Shown: positions 62,611-64,000 of the stretch, one piece after another
How the letters are laid out: every line of letters starts with the position of its first letter
How positions within the stretch are numbered: position 1 is the stretch's first letter
NCBI GenBank assembly: GCA_002269645.1
Contig: NIVC01000421.1
Coordinates: forward strand, 552,227-616,226
DNA length: 64,000 nt
Reading direction: 5' to 3'
Source: Macrostomum lignano
Taxonomy: Eukaryota
The notes under the pieces: model-generated
The model's input: the letters and a program-made list of their open reading frames with translations, nothing else
Database searches by the model: none
What the model was told of the DNA's origin: nothing
Program-made: the position numbers and the translations under genes

Positions 62611-63490
62611 TCTGTGTTTTGCTTTTTGTGCTTGAAAGCTGCTTAGAGCTGCAATCGGGGCGACAGTAAGCAAGTCATATAGTGCTCACACAACAACAAC
62701 ACACACACAGCAGCGAACGAAGTCTGCGTGCATCTTAATCAAGTAGCTAGCTAGAATTTTTAAGTGCTACCAACCAGAGTATAACTTAGCTAAATACCAA
62801 AGGAATTTCACTCTTTCTACTCATACAACTAATGATCGACGCTGGTTGCATTGATAAACCTGATGACCTGACCAGCTCGCAAGGGATGCCTAGAAATTAT
62901 ACATTTACGAGCCGTATACTCCATTTCCACAGATTAGTCTACAAAAGCCCAGTAGCTAATTGCACTGCAAAATGTCTAACTCTTATACATAAACTGAAAC
63001 AGCCCCACTGTCAGCTGTGAGCGAGAGGCCCCTAAGCCTTGAGGAGCATGAAACTATATACGTGACTAGGAAGCAGCAAAAATATTGGTAAAAGTAGAGC
63101 TCAAGCCGAAAAACGATTGTTGGTTGTTGCAACAACTTTGTAAGTAACTGATGCACCCAGTACAACAATGTAATTTACGACAAGTACATGACTGCCCATC
63201 AGAACAGAGCAGCTGGTACCATAGTATAGAGCATGGCTGACAGGCTACGATTTACGTACTGTATAAAATGCGTCTGCGCTTTACAGTGCAGAGCTGTAGA
63301 GACTGCAGTTGTGTAGTATGTAACTGAGTATGATGCAACATTGATTAGTATCCGGCCAGCACATGTAATTACAGTTCGCTATAAGTTGCAGTTTGATCAG
63401 CAGGCATCCAGCAACTCGTACAGGTCGGTAGGAGCGCCGCGATCAAGCCAGCATACAGGTTGGTATAGCGCGATCCGCAACGCACATCGA

Positions 63491-63612
63491 TCACTTCTTC
63501 TTATGACCGCCCTTGGCAGCGGCCTGCTCGCCCTCGGCTTTTCCGGCTGCTGCTTGGCGTCCTTGTTGGCATCGGCGGCCTTCTTGTCGGCGGCGGCTTT
63601 CTTGGCAGGCAT
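63491..63612 (-). pseudogene. Microprotein A, copy 5, with a 3-bp deletion and a 1-bp frameshift
   Basis: Reads MPAKKAAADKKAADANKDAKQQPEK and then shifts frame at a shortened T-run. Other homopolymer losses nearby suggest consensus error. Confidence 0.45.
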
Positions 63613-64000
63613 GTTTGTCTGTTGAGATTAGGAAGCTGATGCTTGAAGCTGCAATTTGAGAAGCGAGCAGCTGCGGTTTGCAAGTGACCAACGTCAACTT
63701 CAAGTATAGCTAGCTGGCTGTACATCCTCATTAGAAAAACTATCTAGATATGTCCTAAGGGCACTTCTTCTTATTAACCGCTTATTGGAGCAGTGCAGCT
63801 CTACAAGGAACATTGGTGCATATCTAGCCTCTAGTTGGATGTGCTGGACAACGAAATCTAGAGATGCTATATCAAGCCAAATGCAAGTAATGCCCCCTTT
63901 CTCTGTCTGCAACTGCTGATCTAACACAAAACATCTAAGCATATAGGGAAACAGAGAGCATTTAAAGAACGAGAGCCGAAAACACCTGCTTGCTTTAAAA

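Larger units (their letters stand above)
55719..64000. repeat. ~1.88-kb tandem array, at least 4.4 copies, running off the window end
   Basis: Identical ORFs recur at 56381/58258/60135/62010 and 56841/58718/60595/62470 (period 1877, 1877, 1875). Confidence 0.97.

Noticed and set aside
55719-64000. Histone, 5S rRNA or spliced-leader RNA gene cluster
   Set aside because: I recognised no histone-fold ORF, histone stem-loop, 5S sequence or SL exon in the unit. An Infernal/Rfam scan would be needed to exclude small RNAs fully.

Overview
Eukaryotic (animal) genomic DNA: repeat-rich, with spliceosomal introns and no prokaryotic features. The style (minisatellite-filled introns, RTE and DIRS-like fragments) is consistent with a flatworm such as Macrostomum lignano, but that is inference only. 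From left to right the window holds: (1) a Tc1/mariner-type non-autonomous element (382-3610) whose interior is a 101-bp satellite; (2) a 9-exon Helitron Rep/helicase gene with an OTU protease domain on the minus strand (4800-12968), disabled by a frameshift and by a ~250-bp insertion carrying a 28S rRNA fragment of the R2/I-PpoI target region; (3) a multi-exon B-box/coiled-coil/Tudor/CCHC-knuckle gene (~15403-25887) in which most large introns contain their own minisatellite; (4) an intronless PKA type-II regulatory subunit with Ala at the normally phosphorylated Ser; (5) a degraded C-type lectin/PAN-like gene, a DIRS-type tyrosine recombinase remnant, three hAT-type MITEs and a TSD-flanked RTE fragment; (6) an F-box/LRR gene (~51320-55487); and (7) a ~1.88-kb tandem array (55719 to the window end) in which each unit encodes two paralogous 41- and 46-aa MPAK... 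microproteins that the ORF track misses or mis-starts. The microprotein array is the best candidate for an undescribed system. All alignments were done by eye; no database searches were run.
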